Below, one piece after another: positions 19,251 to 28,844 of a stretch of 64,000 nt of DNA. This DNA comes from Deltaproteobacteria bacterium (GTDB lineage: Bacteria > Myxococcota_A > UBA796 > SXON01): positions 13,581-77,580 of the forward strand of contig CANKTH010000003.1 in assembly GCA_947486185.1 (NCBI GenBank). The letters run 5' to 3'. Under the pieces are notes generated by a model. That model saw only the letters and a program-made list of their open reading frames with translations, did not search any database and was not told the DNA's origin. The position numbers were made by a program, and so were the translations under genes. How positions within the stretch are numbered: position 1 is the stretch's first letter; the number at the start of each line of letters is the position of its first letter.

Positions 19251-21647
19251 ATGCTGATCCGGCTTGAGCACGCGGAAGGCGTGGTCCTCGGGGGAAAAGG
19301 TGCGGCCCTGCAGCGGCTGTCGCGCCGTGGCATGCGGGTCCCGCCCACCTGGGTCATCGCGCCCGCCGAGTTTGATCGCTGGTTGAACCTGCATGTTCCG
19401 GCGGGTCGTCCGGAGCGGTCTCCGGGCGAGGAGCTCGCGCTCGCCGCCTGTCTCGCCGCCGCCCCGCCGCCCGACTGGGCGACATCGCTGACGCTCCCGC
19501 CGAACTTCCCGCCGAACCTGGCGGTGCGTTCGAGCGCGCTCGACGAAGACGGGCGTCACAATTCGGCTGCGGGCCAGTACGACACGCTCCTCAACGTCAC
19601 GCCGGACGGCCTCGGCGAAGCGGTGAAGATGTGCTGGATGAGCGCCTTTTCGGAGCGTGCGATCGCCTATCGGCGGGGCGCCGCATTCCCCGGGATGGCG
19701 GTGCTCGTCCAGCAGATGATCGACGCGCGCGCCGCCGGGGTCTTGTTCACCATCAACCCTATCAATGGTAGCTGGCGCGAGATGACCGTAGAGGCGGTCT
19801 GGGGACTGGGCGAGGGCCTTGTCGGCGGCCAGCTCGTGCCCGATCGGTACACCGTGATCCGGCCTCGTCGTCTGCCACGGCCCCTGCAACGGGCGACCCG
19901 GCTCGTTCCCCTGCGGATCGCGCGCGCGACCGTCAGTCGGCAAGCGGAGCGGGTGGCGCCGGCGCGAGAGGGGGGTGTAGGGCGGCGCGAGGTCGACACC
20001 CCGGAGGCGCAGAAGCTGGGTAACGAGCAGATCATCGAGCTTTGCCGACTCGGACTCCGGGCCGAGGCGCTCCAGGGGGAGCCGCAAGACGTCGAGTGGG
20101 TGCAGGATCGCGGCGGCGGGCTCTGGCTGGTACAGGCGCGGGCGGTGACCTCGCGGCGCGCGTTGCCACGCGGTGAAAAAACCCTTTGGACAAGACGTTT
20201 TGTCGGAGAGCGTTGGCCGGAGGGTGTGAGCCATCTGGGGTGGGGCCTGCTCGGGCCGATCCTCGAGCACTTCATCGCCTACCCGCAGACGGAGCTGCGT
20301 TACCTTGGCGGGGATCCTCCATTTCGCCGAGTCGGGGGCCATCCGTACATCAACGCGACGGTGTTTCGTCACCTCGCGTTCAAGCTCCCGGGCCGGCCGC
20401 CCCCTCAGTTCATGATGGAGTTTTTCCCCGCGGATGAACAAGCCGCCTGGCTTCGACGTTTTGCGGCGCCGCCCGACTTCCGGGTCTACGGGTCGATCTT
20501 TCAGGAGACCTTCAGCGAGCGTCGTTGGGAGCGTTTTCGGTGGAACCCCTTCACCAACCACCGCGCCTGGCGCGGATTCCTCGACACCCTGGACCTGAGG
20601 ATCGCCGCGTTGAACACGGCACCTGAGGCTACGCTCCTCGACGTCGCCACGACGCTCATCCGCGACTACGTGAAGATCCACGTGACGTCATTGTTGTTCG
20701 CCAACCTGTGGTATCAGGTGGTGAGCCCCCTTCTGCCCGAGGGCCGACATGAGGACCTGCTCCGCGCCCCTGAGGGTACAGTCACCGGTTGGGTGAACCG
20801 GGAGCTGTGGCGGCTCGGAAGGAGCGCCTCGCCCAGCGCCCTGGACACCTTCCTGGCCGCACATGGGCATCGTTCGATGGCGAGCTGGGAGATCTTCTCG
20901 CCCCGGTGGGGGAGCGATCGGGCGGGGGTCACCCGGCTGGCGAAGTTGATCGCGGAGGGCCCCGATCCCGGCCCGGCGCTGGAAGAAGCTACCCGGCAGA
21001 GCGAAGCGGCGGTCGCGGCGATCCGCGACCCGGTCGTGCGGAGCCTGGTGAGGCTGACGCGGAATTATCTGAAGTTACGGGAGGAACAACGTTATCATTT
21101 TGACCGCATCCTCGCTCCGGTGCAGGCGCGGCTGGAGGCCCGAGCCGCTGCGTGGCTGCCCGATCCGCGAGACGTACGTTTCCTCCTCCCGGATGAGCTC
21201 GACGGCGGCCTTGGGGTGGCGGAGCTTCGACGAACGGTGATCACACGCGCCGCCGAGCCTGTTGATCTGCATCCACCGGACTTTCTTCACGGTGACGAGG
21301 CGGTTCCGGCGCCCCGAGACCAGGGGGGGCGGCTGCAGGGCCTGGGTATCAGCGCCGGGGTCGTACGTGGTCGGACGCGGGTGCTCCGGACCCTGGCCGA
21401 CGCCGACCAGCTTCGACGCGGCGAAATCCTCGTTGCCCGGGCGACGGATCCGTCGTGGACGCCGCTGTTCTCGCGGGCGGGAGGGCTCATCCTTGAGCTT
21501 GGAAGTATGTTATCCCATGGCGCCGTGGTGGCGCGCGAGTACCGGATCCCGGGTGTGGTCAACCTGGAGGGGGTCACCGAGCTCCTCGCCGACGGCACCG
21601 ACGTGACCCTGGATGGTGGTGCAGGGGTTGTTTGGGTACATCGTTGA
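19251..21647 (+). CDS. PEP-utilising/PPDK-type phosphotransferase with RPH/PigC-like architecture
   Basis: N-terminal ATP-grasp (GGKG, AVRSSALDED, SAAGQYDT, MAVLVQQM, GLGEGLV, PQDVEW, VQAR), central helical domain (HGHR..EI..PRW), C-terminal His swivel (TDPSWTPLF, GSMLSHGAVVAREY). Confidence 0.88.
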   Translation: MLIRLEHAEGVVLGGKGAALQRLSRRGMRVPPTWVIAPAEFDRWLNLHVPAGRPERSPGEELALAACLAAAPPPDWATSLTLPPNFPPNLAVRSSALDEDGRHNSAAGQYDTLLNVTPDGLGEAVKMCWMSAFSERAIAYRRGAAFPGMAVLVQQMIDARAAGVLFTINPINGSWREMTVEAVWGLGEGLVGGQLVPDRYTVIRPRRLPRPLQRATRLVPLRIARATVSRQAERVAPAREGGVGRREVDTPEAQKLGNEQIIELCRLGLRAEALQGEPQDVEWVQDRGGGLWLVQARAVTSRRALPRGEKTLWTRRFVGERWPEGVSHLGWGLLGPILEHFIAYPQTELRYLGGDPPFRRVGGHPYINATVFRHLAFKLPGRPPPQFMMEFFPADEQAAWLRRFAAPPDFRVYGSIFQETFSERRWERFRWNPFTNHRAWRGFLDTLDLRIAALNTAPEATLLDVATTLIRDYVKIHVTSLLFANLWYQVVSPLLPEGRHEDLLRAPEGTVTGWVNRELWRLGRSASPSALDTFLAAHGHRSMASWEIFSPRWGSDRAGVTRLAKLIAEGPDPGPALEEATRQSEAAVAAIRDPVVRSLVRLTRNYLKLREEQRYHFDRILAPVQARLEARAAAWLPDPRDVRFLLPDELDGGLGVAELRRTVITRAAEPVDLHPPDFLHGDEAVPAPRDQGGRLQGLGISAGVVRGRTRVLRTLADADQLRRGEILVARATDPSWTPLFSRAGGLILELGSMLSHGAVVAREYRIPGVVNLEGVTELLADGTDVTLDGGAGVVWVHR

Positions 21648-21786
21648 GTTTTGCCGATGATCGTGGCCAGGTGCCCGTCTCCGGAGTCCCACGCCTGATC
21701 TGTAGCCGTGGCGCGCCACATCCTCCTCGCGTCGGTGCAGGCGCGTGTGGTTGGATTGCGGCCCCGTGTGGGGCTACGGTCCCGGC

Positions 21787-22713
21787 ATGACCGTCGATCT
21801 CCAGAACAACCCGCAGGTGGTGATGCGGGATCCCGCAGGGCGCGAGTTCCACCTGAGCCACGGCGATCTGATCGGCCGCCTGGCGAGCGCGGCGCTGCCG
21901 CTCGACGATGGACGGGTGAGCGAAGCGCACGCGATGATCAGCTTGCGAGAGGGTCAGCTTCAAATACTGGCGCTTCGTGGCGGACTGCTCGTGGAGGGGG
22001 ATCGCGTGACCCACCGGCCGCTGAGCCCGGGCCTGGTCCTCACCCTGGCGCCCGGGGTGGACCTCACCGTGGTCGAGGTGTGGGTGCCCCACTCGGTGCT
22101 GGGTGTCGAAGGGGATCGCGGGGCGGTCCAGGCGTTGCCTCGGCAGATATTGCCCGGAGTGGCTTCCTTGTTTGCGGATCCGCACCTCAGGCTGGTTCGG
22201 GGCTGGCGGGACGGCGCTCCCGCCTACGTGTGGAACGACGGCGAACGGTTCAAGCTGCGTACCGCGTCGGGGGTGGTGGAGCTCCGGGCCGGTGACGGCT
22301 TCGAGGTCGCTGGCCAACGCGTGAAGGTCGTAGAGATACCTATGGTGGAGGCTGGAGAGTCTGCGACCCGGCAGCGGCTTGACGCCCCGCTCCGGATCGT
22401 CGCGCACTACGACAGCGTACAGGTGCATCGGGACGGGCGCACGGCGCTCGTCCTCGGCGGCCGGCCCGCGCGGCTCATCGGCGAGCTCGTCGGCTGTGAC
22501 TGCCCGGTGGGCTGGGAGGCGCTCGCGGGGGCGCTCTGGCCAGAAATAACGGATGATGCTGCGTTACTCCGCTCACGCCTCGACGTGGTGCTCTCGCGCA
22601 TCCGCCAGAAGCTGCGAGCGGCCGGCATCCGAAGCAACCTCGTGAGCACGGACGGCGCGGGCACTGTGGCGCTCGTGCTGGATCGGCACGACGTCGTGGA
22701 GGATCGTTCTTGA
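21787..22713 (+). CDS. FHA domain protein with C-terminal OmpR-type winged helix (putative transcription regulator)
   Basis: FHA signature IGR..S..LDDGRVSEAHA; C-terminal VGWEALAGALWPE..RSRLDVVLSRIRQKL wHTH pattern. Confidence 0.78.
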   Translation: MTVDLQNNPQVVMRDPAGREFHLSHGDLIGRLASAALPLDDGRVSEAHAMISLREGQLQILALRGGLLVEGDRVTHRPLSPGLVLTLAPGVDLTVVEVWVPHSVLGVEGDRGAVQALPRQILPGVASLFADPHLRLVRGWRDGAPAYVWNDGERFKLRTASGVVELRAGDGFEVAGQRVKVVEIPMVEAGESATRQRLDAPLRIVAHYDSVQVHRDGRTALVLGGRPARLIGELVGCDCPVGWEALAGALWPEITDDAALLRSRLDVVLSRIRQKLRAAGIRSNLVSTDGAGTVALVLDRHDVVEDRS

Positions 22714-22755
22714 ACCCGTCGGCCGAGCGCGGGGTCATCGTGTCGGTCCTCCCGG

Positions 22756-25590
22756 GTGAGTAGCCGGGACGACGCGGACCTGAGCGGCGCGCCTCTGGAC
22801 GACAGCCCGACGCCGATTCGTCCCGGCCCGCGCTACGACCTGGGGGGTGTGCTCGGCCGGGGCGGCATGGGCGTGGTCGAGGTGGCGCACGACACCGTGC
22901 TCGGCCGAGACGTGGCTCGGAAAACGGTGCTTCCAGGAGAGTCCTTCGCGGCCCGGCTCGAGCGGGAGGCTCGCCTCGCCGCCCGACTGGAGCACCCCGG
23001 AATCGTCCCCGTGTACGATGGGGGAAAAGACAGTGAAGGTCGCCCGTTTTATACGATGCGGCTCTTGCGCGGCCAGAGCCTCGCCGACGCGCTGCGGGCC
23101 GGCGGTGGGCCGGCGCGGCGCTCATCGTTGGTCCGCCATGTGCTCGATGCGGCCGCGGCGATCGCCTATGCGCACCGGCGCGGCATCATCCATCGCGACC
23201 TGAAACCCTCCAACATCATGGTGGGGGACCTGGGCGAGACGGTGGTGACCGACTGGGGGCTCGCCTGCACCCTCGACGAGGCGGCCAGGCCGGGACCTCG
23301 GGTGGGCACGCCGGCGTATTGCAGCCCGGAGCAGGCCGCCGGCGAGGCGCTGGACGTCCGGACCGACGTCTACGGCCTCGGTGCGATGCTCGATGAGGTT
23401 TTATCGGCGTATGAGGAAGAGGATACGCCGGAGGCCCTCCGCGCGGTGGCGGCGCGCGCGCGAGCGCCCCGTCGGGAAGATCGTTACCCCAACGCCGACA
23501 CTTTTGCGGCCGACCTCCTCGCCTGGTTCGAGGGGCGACAGGTGCTCGCGCACAGCTACAGCACCTTCGAGCTGGTGGGGCTCCTCGCGCGGCGGTGGCG
23601 GGCGCCGCTGGCGGTGGGGCTGATTGCGACCCTGCTTCTCGGAGTCGTGATCACGATAGGCGTGTTTTGAACAGCAGAAGAGCGGGACCGAGCACTCATC
23701 GCGGAGGCAGAGGCCCGGGCGGCGGTCGAGGAGGCCGAGCACAACCTCGCGGCGTCGCTGGTCGGGCAGGCGCTGGCGGCGGCCGCGGCGGGACTGGGGG
23801 TGAGCGCGGAGACCTACGCGCGCGAGGCGCTGGCCCTGGTGCCTTCGCCGGAGGCCCGCGGGGTGCTCGCCCGGTTCGGGGGGCGTCCGCGCCCGACGGT
23901 GACGCAGAGCGTGTCGCGGGCGTGTGAGCGTGTCGCGGTCTCCAACGATGGCCGCGAGCAGCTCTGCCTGGTCGGCGACCGGATGACTGCGTGGCGCGAG
24001 GGGCGCGAGGTGGCCGGGATTCACGCGGAGGTCGCGGATGTCGCGATCAACGACGGCCGGGTGGTCTACGCCGGGCGTGCTGGCGGAATCTGGAATTGGG
24101 ACCTCGTGTCACCGCCGGCGGAGCTCGGGCTGCCGCTGGTCCGGGTGGCGCGGCTGCTCCCGAGCGGCCGGAGCCGGTTCACGGTTCAGACCACCAGCGC
24201 GGGTGTCCACGTCGATCCTTCGAAATCCGAACCCGCGTTGAGGCTTCCCTGCAGTGACGATCCCCGGAAGGGGGTCGTGCACCCCCGCAAGAACGGGGGC
24301 TGGTGGGAGGTGTGCGCGAGCGGCAGGGCCACACTGATCCTGCCCGATCTGCCTCCCATCGCTTATCCGAGGATCGCGGCCGAGCTCGGTGTACCGGTGA
24401 TGGCCGTGGTGGCCGCCGACGACCAGGAGCGGCTCGTGGTGGGGACCGCAACTGGGCACCTGGTGGTCTATCACGAAGGGCAGATTCTCCGCGAGTTTGA
24501 CGCCTCTCCCCTTCAACCTTCGCGGATCACGCTGCGTGGGGACCGCCTCGCGGCGCGCCGCTCGGACGGCGCTCTCCTGGTGTGGGACGTCGAGAGCGGC
24601 GCTCAGTTGGCGAACCTGTCCGCTCCGAACGCGGAGATCGCCTGGACCGAAGTGGGTGAACTGGTGGTGGTGGACGGCACGGGCCTGCAGAAGTGGGACC
24701 TGCCGATGCCGCGAGATCCTCACCTGATGGCGGTGGGCGCGGGCGTCACCGGGGTCGCCGTCAACCCCCGCGCCAGCCTCGTCGCGGCGGCGATGGGCGA
24801 CGGTGGCGTACGGATCATCGATCCGCGAGATGGTACGGTTAAAGGAAGTTACATGGCCGCATCCGGGGTGTTGAAGGACCTCGCTTTCAGCCCGGACGGG
24901 GCGCGGTTGGCGGCGATCAGCGCGAGCGAAGACGGGATCTGGATGCTGGACGTGGGGCGCGGGGCGGAGCTCGCGCCAGTACCCCTCGACAAGGGGCGCC
25001 GGCTGGTGTGGCTCGACGGTGTCATGATCGCCGCGAGTTACGCTTTCCCAACCAAAGGTTTTAGCCCGACTGGGCTCCGAGAGGTGTGGCCGCAGCAGTT
25101 CACGGACCTCGAAGGGGACGGCCGACGGGCAGCGGCGCTGGACAACCACGACGAGATCGTGCTGTTTGACGCCCAGGGCGGGGCGTCCTCCCTCGGTCAC
25201 CGCCCGGCAGCGTTCGCGGTGGCGCCGGTGGACGACCACGTGCTCGTGATGGAACCTCGGCATTGGTACGAGCTGTTTGCGGACGGGAGTCAGTCGTCAC
25301 CCGTGCGCTTCGACGTGGACGGTGTGGAGCTCCTCGCCTCACCCGATGGGCGAGCGGTGGTCGTCGGGCACATCGACGGGACGATCACCCTCTGGCGGCG
25401 CGATGGCAGGGTTGTGGGGCGGCTGATCGGGCACTCGGGTCGGGTCGCTTCGCTCGTGTATTCAGTGGATCAACGATGGCTTTATAGCGGGAGCTGGGAC
25501 GGTACGGTGCGGGCGTGGTCGATGGAGGCGCTCCTCGAGTCGGGCGAAAGCAGCGACCCGGGTCCGGCAGCGGGCGTGACAGGTATCTGA
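22756..25590 (+). pseudogene. Ser/Thr protein kinase-TM-WD40 protein interrupted by an in-frame TGA at 23668-23670
   Basis: Kinase motifs LGRGGMGVV, VARK, HRDLKPSN, DWGLA, GTPAY.SPEQ; TM helix; after the TGA the same frame continues (TAEERDRALIAE...) into WD40 repeats (FSPDG, GHSGRVASL, SGSWDGTVRAW). Confidence 0.75.
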
Positions 25591-25593
25591 CAG
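25576..25593 (-). promoter_or_regulatory. Pho-box-like direct repeat with 11-bp period (OmpR/PhoB-type site)
   Basis: Minus strand reads CTGTCAG-ATAC-CTGTCAC; lies about 80-100 nt upstream of ATG 25675. Confidence 0.5.
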
Positions 25594-25674
25594 ATTCGTG
25601 TGGCGGACACGGGGGGTACATCCTGAGTGTCGGTAGCCAGTCACGGCGCCGAGACCACCACCGAGGAGTTGTTC

Positions 25675-26436
25675 ATGCTCACCGCCCTTCTTGTCGCTTC
25701 CGCCTTCGCCAATCCCGATCTGACCGCGTCAATCAGCGGGCCCGCCTCGACCTATGTCTACGCCACCGGCCGGTACACGGTCACGGTCGCCAACAGCGGG
25801 CGTACAACCGCGTCGAGCTCGACGGTCGTGGTGCAGCTGCCCCTGACCAATACGAGCCCTCAGGTCTACGTGATGGGTACGCTTGGCGCAAAGAGCGCGA
25901 CCTGTAGCCAGGTGGGCAACACCCTGTCGTGCACCCTCGGCAGCATCCGCCGTGGACGTTCGACCTCGGTGTGGTTCGACCTCGCCCTACCGGAGTCGGC
26001 CGAGCCCCTCGTGTTGACCGCGACCGCGGCTACGACCACCGCCGAGCCCACCACCTCGAACAACAGCGCGTCCCACACGGCGTCGTTGCTCAACTACGCG
26101 GTATCTTTCTCCGCGCCGGTCACCGCTACCAACCGCCACTGCACCGGCACCGACCTGTCCTCGTTCTTCGAGTGTGAGTGTTTCCCCAGCTCCATCACCG
26201 AGCACGACTCCACCTTCAACGCCGATGGTACCGTGAGCTTCGGGCCGGACATCGACCCGGGCTACGGCGGCACCTGGTCGGCGCCGACCGCCGACAGCCT
26301 CGTGGTCACCTACACCTACTACGGCGGAATCGAGGCGGAGTTCGAAGGTTACGGCGTGAGCAGCTCCTGCTGGGAAGGCCTCACCTTCTTCCCCGGCTCG
26401 GCCTACATGTCGGTCTACGAAGTCTGTCTTCAGTAG
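25675..26436 (+). CDS. Secreted DUF11/Ig-like domain protein
   Basis: RBS GAGGAG; signal peptide MLTALLVASAFA; PDLTASISGP, YTVTVANSG, CTLGSI, EPTTSNNSAS typical of DUF11. Confidence 0.75.
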   Translation: MLTALLVASAFANPDLTASISGPASTYVYATGRYTVTVANSGRTTASSSTVVVQLPLTNTSPQVYVMGTLGAKSATCSQVGNTLSCTLGSIRRGRSTSVWFDLALPESAEPLVLTATAATTTAEPTTSNNSASHTASLLNYAVSFSAPVTATNRHCTGTDLSSFFECECFPSSITEHDSTFNADGTVSFGPDIDPGYGGTWSAPTADSLVVTYTYYGGIEAEFEGYGVSSSCWEGLTFFPGSAYMSVYEVCLQ

Positions 26437-26528
26437 CCGTTCGTCGAGAGGCGGTCTTGGGTAGGCTCCCTTCGATAGGCAGTCGGGCTCGGCTCGACAG
26501 GCCGGGGCATCGGTGGTAAGTCGCGCCG

Positions 26529-28421
26529 ATGCCGGGCAGAGGGTCAAGGAATCAAGCGGAAAATCCGCTCGTTGAGCCCTCTCGGCGACTGATCCGCGCG
26601 GGCGTATCCGGATCCGAGCGTCCGGTCTCGGTCGGCCAGGTGGCGCGGGTGTGGTGGCGCCTCGTGGCGCTCCGCCTGGCGCGGCCCGATCTCGCCCTTC
26701 AGCCTGGGCTTGACGGGCTGGACGCCGGCGTGTTGGGACCGCCGGGCCTCGGCGTGGCTGAGCGGCGCGGCTTAGGGGATTCCTGGTTTCTGGAGGCCGA
26801 TCGTATCCTCTCTGGCCTTGGCCCGTTGAGTCCCCCCTCGGTCGGAGACGCCTACGCCACGCTGCTTGGAGACCACGACGCGGCCGGAGACGGCGTTCAG
26901 CAACCGGGAGGAAGCCGCCGTCGCCGTCAAGGCAGCTTCTACACACCCGGCTGGCTCGCCGCCTATGTCGCGGCGGAGGCGGGGCTTACTTGGGGCTCCC
27001 GGGTGCTCGATCCCGCCTGTGGCGCCGGGCACCTGCTGCTCGCCGCCGGTTCGCAGCTCCTCGGGGCGGGCGTTTCGGGGGCAGCGTCGGCGCTTCACGG
27101 CGTCGATCCGGATCCGGGCGCGGTGGAGCTCTGCCGGCTGTTGCTGTGGTTGGGCGGGCTGACGGTGCCCGAAGGCCAGATCGTGGTCGGCGACGGCCTG
27201 CGGGTCGCCGATGACGGCCCGCTCTTTGACGCGGTCATCGCCAATCCCCCGTTCCTCTCCCAGCTCGGCCGCGCCACCATGGCGGACGCGGGCCGAAGAG
27301 CCGAGTTGGCCAAGGCTTTTCCTGGTCTCGTGGACGCCTACACCGATCACTCGGGGCTCTTCCTCGCCGCGGGCGCAGGGCGGCTCCGCCCCGGAGGCCG
27401 ACTGGTGTTTGTGCTGCCGCAGTCCATCCTCGCGGCCGCACACGCGCAGGCGCTTCGGGCAGTCATCGCCAATAACCTGTCTTTTTCGGGCCTGTGGCTC
27501 ACGGGCGAGCGCGTCTTTGATGGGGCCGACGTTCAGGTGCTGGTGCTGACGTTGGTGAAAGATGGGCCACGAAAGGTGATGATGCGCCGAAGCTTCGGGA
27601 CCGCCTTTCGCGAACTGCCGGCGCTGGACCTGGACATGGACACGCTCGGCGGGTCCTGGGCTCCGCTGGTCAGCGATGCGCTGGGGGTGCCGGCGCTGCC
27701 GGCTTTTTCAGGCGGTACGCTCGGCGAGCTCATCACCGCGACCGCCGACTTTCGGGATGAATATTATGGTCTTTCTCCCTACACCCGGGACCAGATGGTG
27801 GCGGACGAACGGCGATGTCCCCGCCTCATCCTCACCCGGCACCTCGAGCCGGGCCACGCGGCGTGGGGCGAGGTGCCCGTACGCTTCTTGAAGGAAAAAC
27901 GGCAGTATCCGCGCGTGGATCTCGATGCGATCCCGATCGATGGCCCCGAGGCCTGGCTTCATCGGTGGGCGACACGACGGCTCCGGCCGAAGCTGCTGCT
28001 CGCTACCCAGACGCGGGTGTTGGAGGCGGCGGTGGACGCCGAGGGGGCCTGGCTGTCGACCACCCCCGTGCTCAATGTTTTTCCCAAAGAGGAGACCATG
28101 CTCTGGCATGTCGCGGCGGTCCTCCTCGCGCCGGTCGCCAGCGCTTGGGCGCTTCGCCACTACGGCGGCGCCGCGCTGGACCTCGACGCGATCAAGCTCT
28201 CGGCCCGGCAGGTGGCCGAGGTGCCCCTTCCGCGGCCGTGTCTCGCGTGGGATGAGGCCGCTGCGCTCCTGGCGGAGGGTCTGCCTGGTACGTCGCCGGT
28301 CGCGCGTGACGCGGTCCTGAGCGCGGCCGCGCGGCGGATGGGAGAAGCGTACGGCGCGGACCCGCGGGTCCTCGACTGGTGGCGGGCGAGGCGGCTGCCG
28401 AAGGCGGGCCGGCGCGCCTGA
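26529..28421 (+). CDS. Orphan N6-adenine DNA methyltransferase (gamma class, TaqI/Eco57I-like)
   Basis: GSFYTP (motif X), VLDPACGAG (motif I), ANPPF (motif IV), LRPGGRLVFVLPQS, VFDGADV; C-terminal TRD-like region. Start is uncertain. Confidence 0.85.
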   Translation: MPGRGSRNQAENPLVEPSRRLIRAGVSGSERPVSVGQVARVWWRLVALRLARPDLALQPGLDGLDAGVLGPPGLGVAERRGLGDSWFLEADRILSGLGPLSPPSVGDAYATLLGDHDAAGDGVQQPGGSRRRRQGSFYTPGWLAAYVAAEAGLTWGSRVLDPACGAGHLLLAAGSQLLGAGVSGAASALHGVDPDPGAVELCRLLLWLGGLTVPEGQIVVGDGLRVADDGPLFDAVIANPPFLSQLGRATMADAGRRAELAKAFPGLVDAYTDHSGLFLAAGAGRLRPGGRLVFVLPQSILAAAHAQALRAVIANNLSFSGLWLTGERVFDGADVQVLVLTLVKDGPRKVMMRRSFGTAFRELPALDLDMDTLGGSWAPLVSDALGVPALPAFSGGTLGELITATADFRDEYYGLSPYTRDQMVADERRCPRLILTRHLEPGHAAWGEVPVRFLKEKRQYPRVDLDAIPIDGPEAWLHRWATRRLRPKLLLATQTRVLEAAVDAEGAWLSTTPVLNVFPKEETMLWHVAAVLLAPVASAWALRHYGGAALDLDAIKLSARQVAEVPLPRPCLAWDEAAALLAEGLPGTSPVARDAVLSAAARRMGEAYGADPRVLDWWRARRLPKAGRRA

Positions 28422-28449
28422 GCGGGTGGCAACGGATTCCCGGCCCCGT

Positions 28450-28487
28450 TGCGCCATTCTGGATCGGCGCCGGTCCAGAACGGCGCA
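28450..28487. repeat. 38-bp imperfect palindrome
   Basis: tgcgccattctggatcggc|gccggtccagaacggcgca: 17 of 19 Watson-Crick pairs, plus one G-T and one mismatch. Confidence 0.7.
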
Positions 28488-28550
28488 TCGGCGGTGCCAG
28501 CGGACGAGCGCGGCCGGGTTGACGGCGCCGCGCACGGTTAAGCAGCCGCG

Positions 28551-28844
28551 ATGGACGCTCCTCCGGGCCCGCCCCCCGAACAGCCCAAGAACCCCCTCCA
28601 CGGGGTGACGCTTCAGGCTTTGTTGACTGAGCTCCACGCCAGTTACGGGTGGGAGGAGCTCGGCCGGCAGATCCCGGTGAGCTGTTTTCTCAACGAGCCG
28701 AGCGTCGCCTCGAGCCTGAAGTTTTTTCGACGTACCCCGTGGGCGAGGGAGAAGCTCGAGAGCTTCTACCTGTGGCATCTCCGGGAACAGCGGCGCATTC
28801 GCCGCGCCACCCGCGCCGGTCCGGTCCCTCAAGGCAACGAGTAA
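28551..28844 (+). CDS. VF530 (DUF2132) family small DNA-binding protein
   Basis: NPLHGVTL..LL.EL...YGWEEL...I...CF...PSVASSLKF.R.TPWAREK.E..YL is the family signature. Confidence 0.88.
   Translation: MDAPPGPPPEQPKNPLHGVTLQALLTELHASYGWEELGRQIPVSCFLNEPSVASSLKFFRRTPWAREKLESFYLWHLREQRRIRRATRAGPVPQGNE

Noticed and set aside
23668-23670. TGA as selenocysteine or evidence of genetic-code reassignment
   Set aside because: The position is not a catalytic Cys-like site, I saw no convincing SECIS, and TGA terminates most genes in the window.
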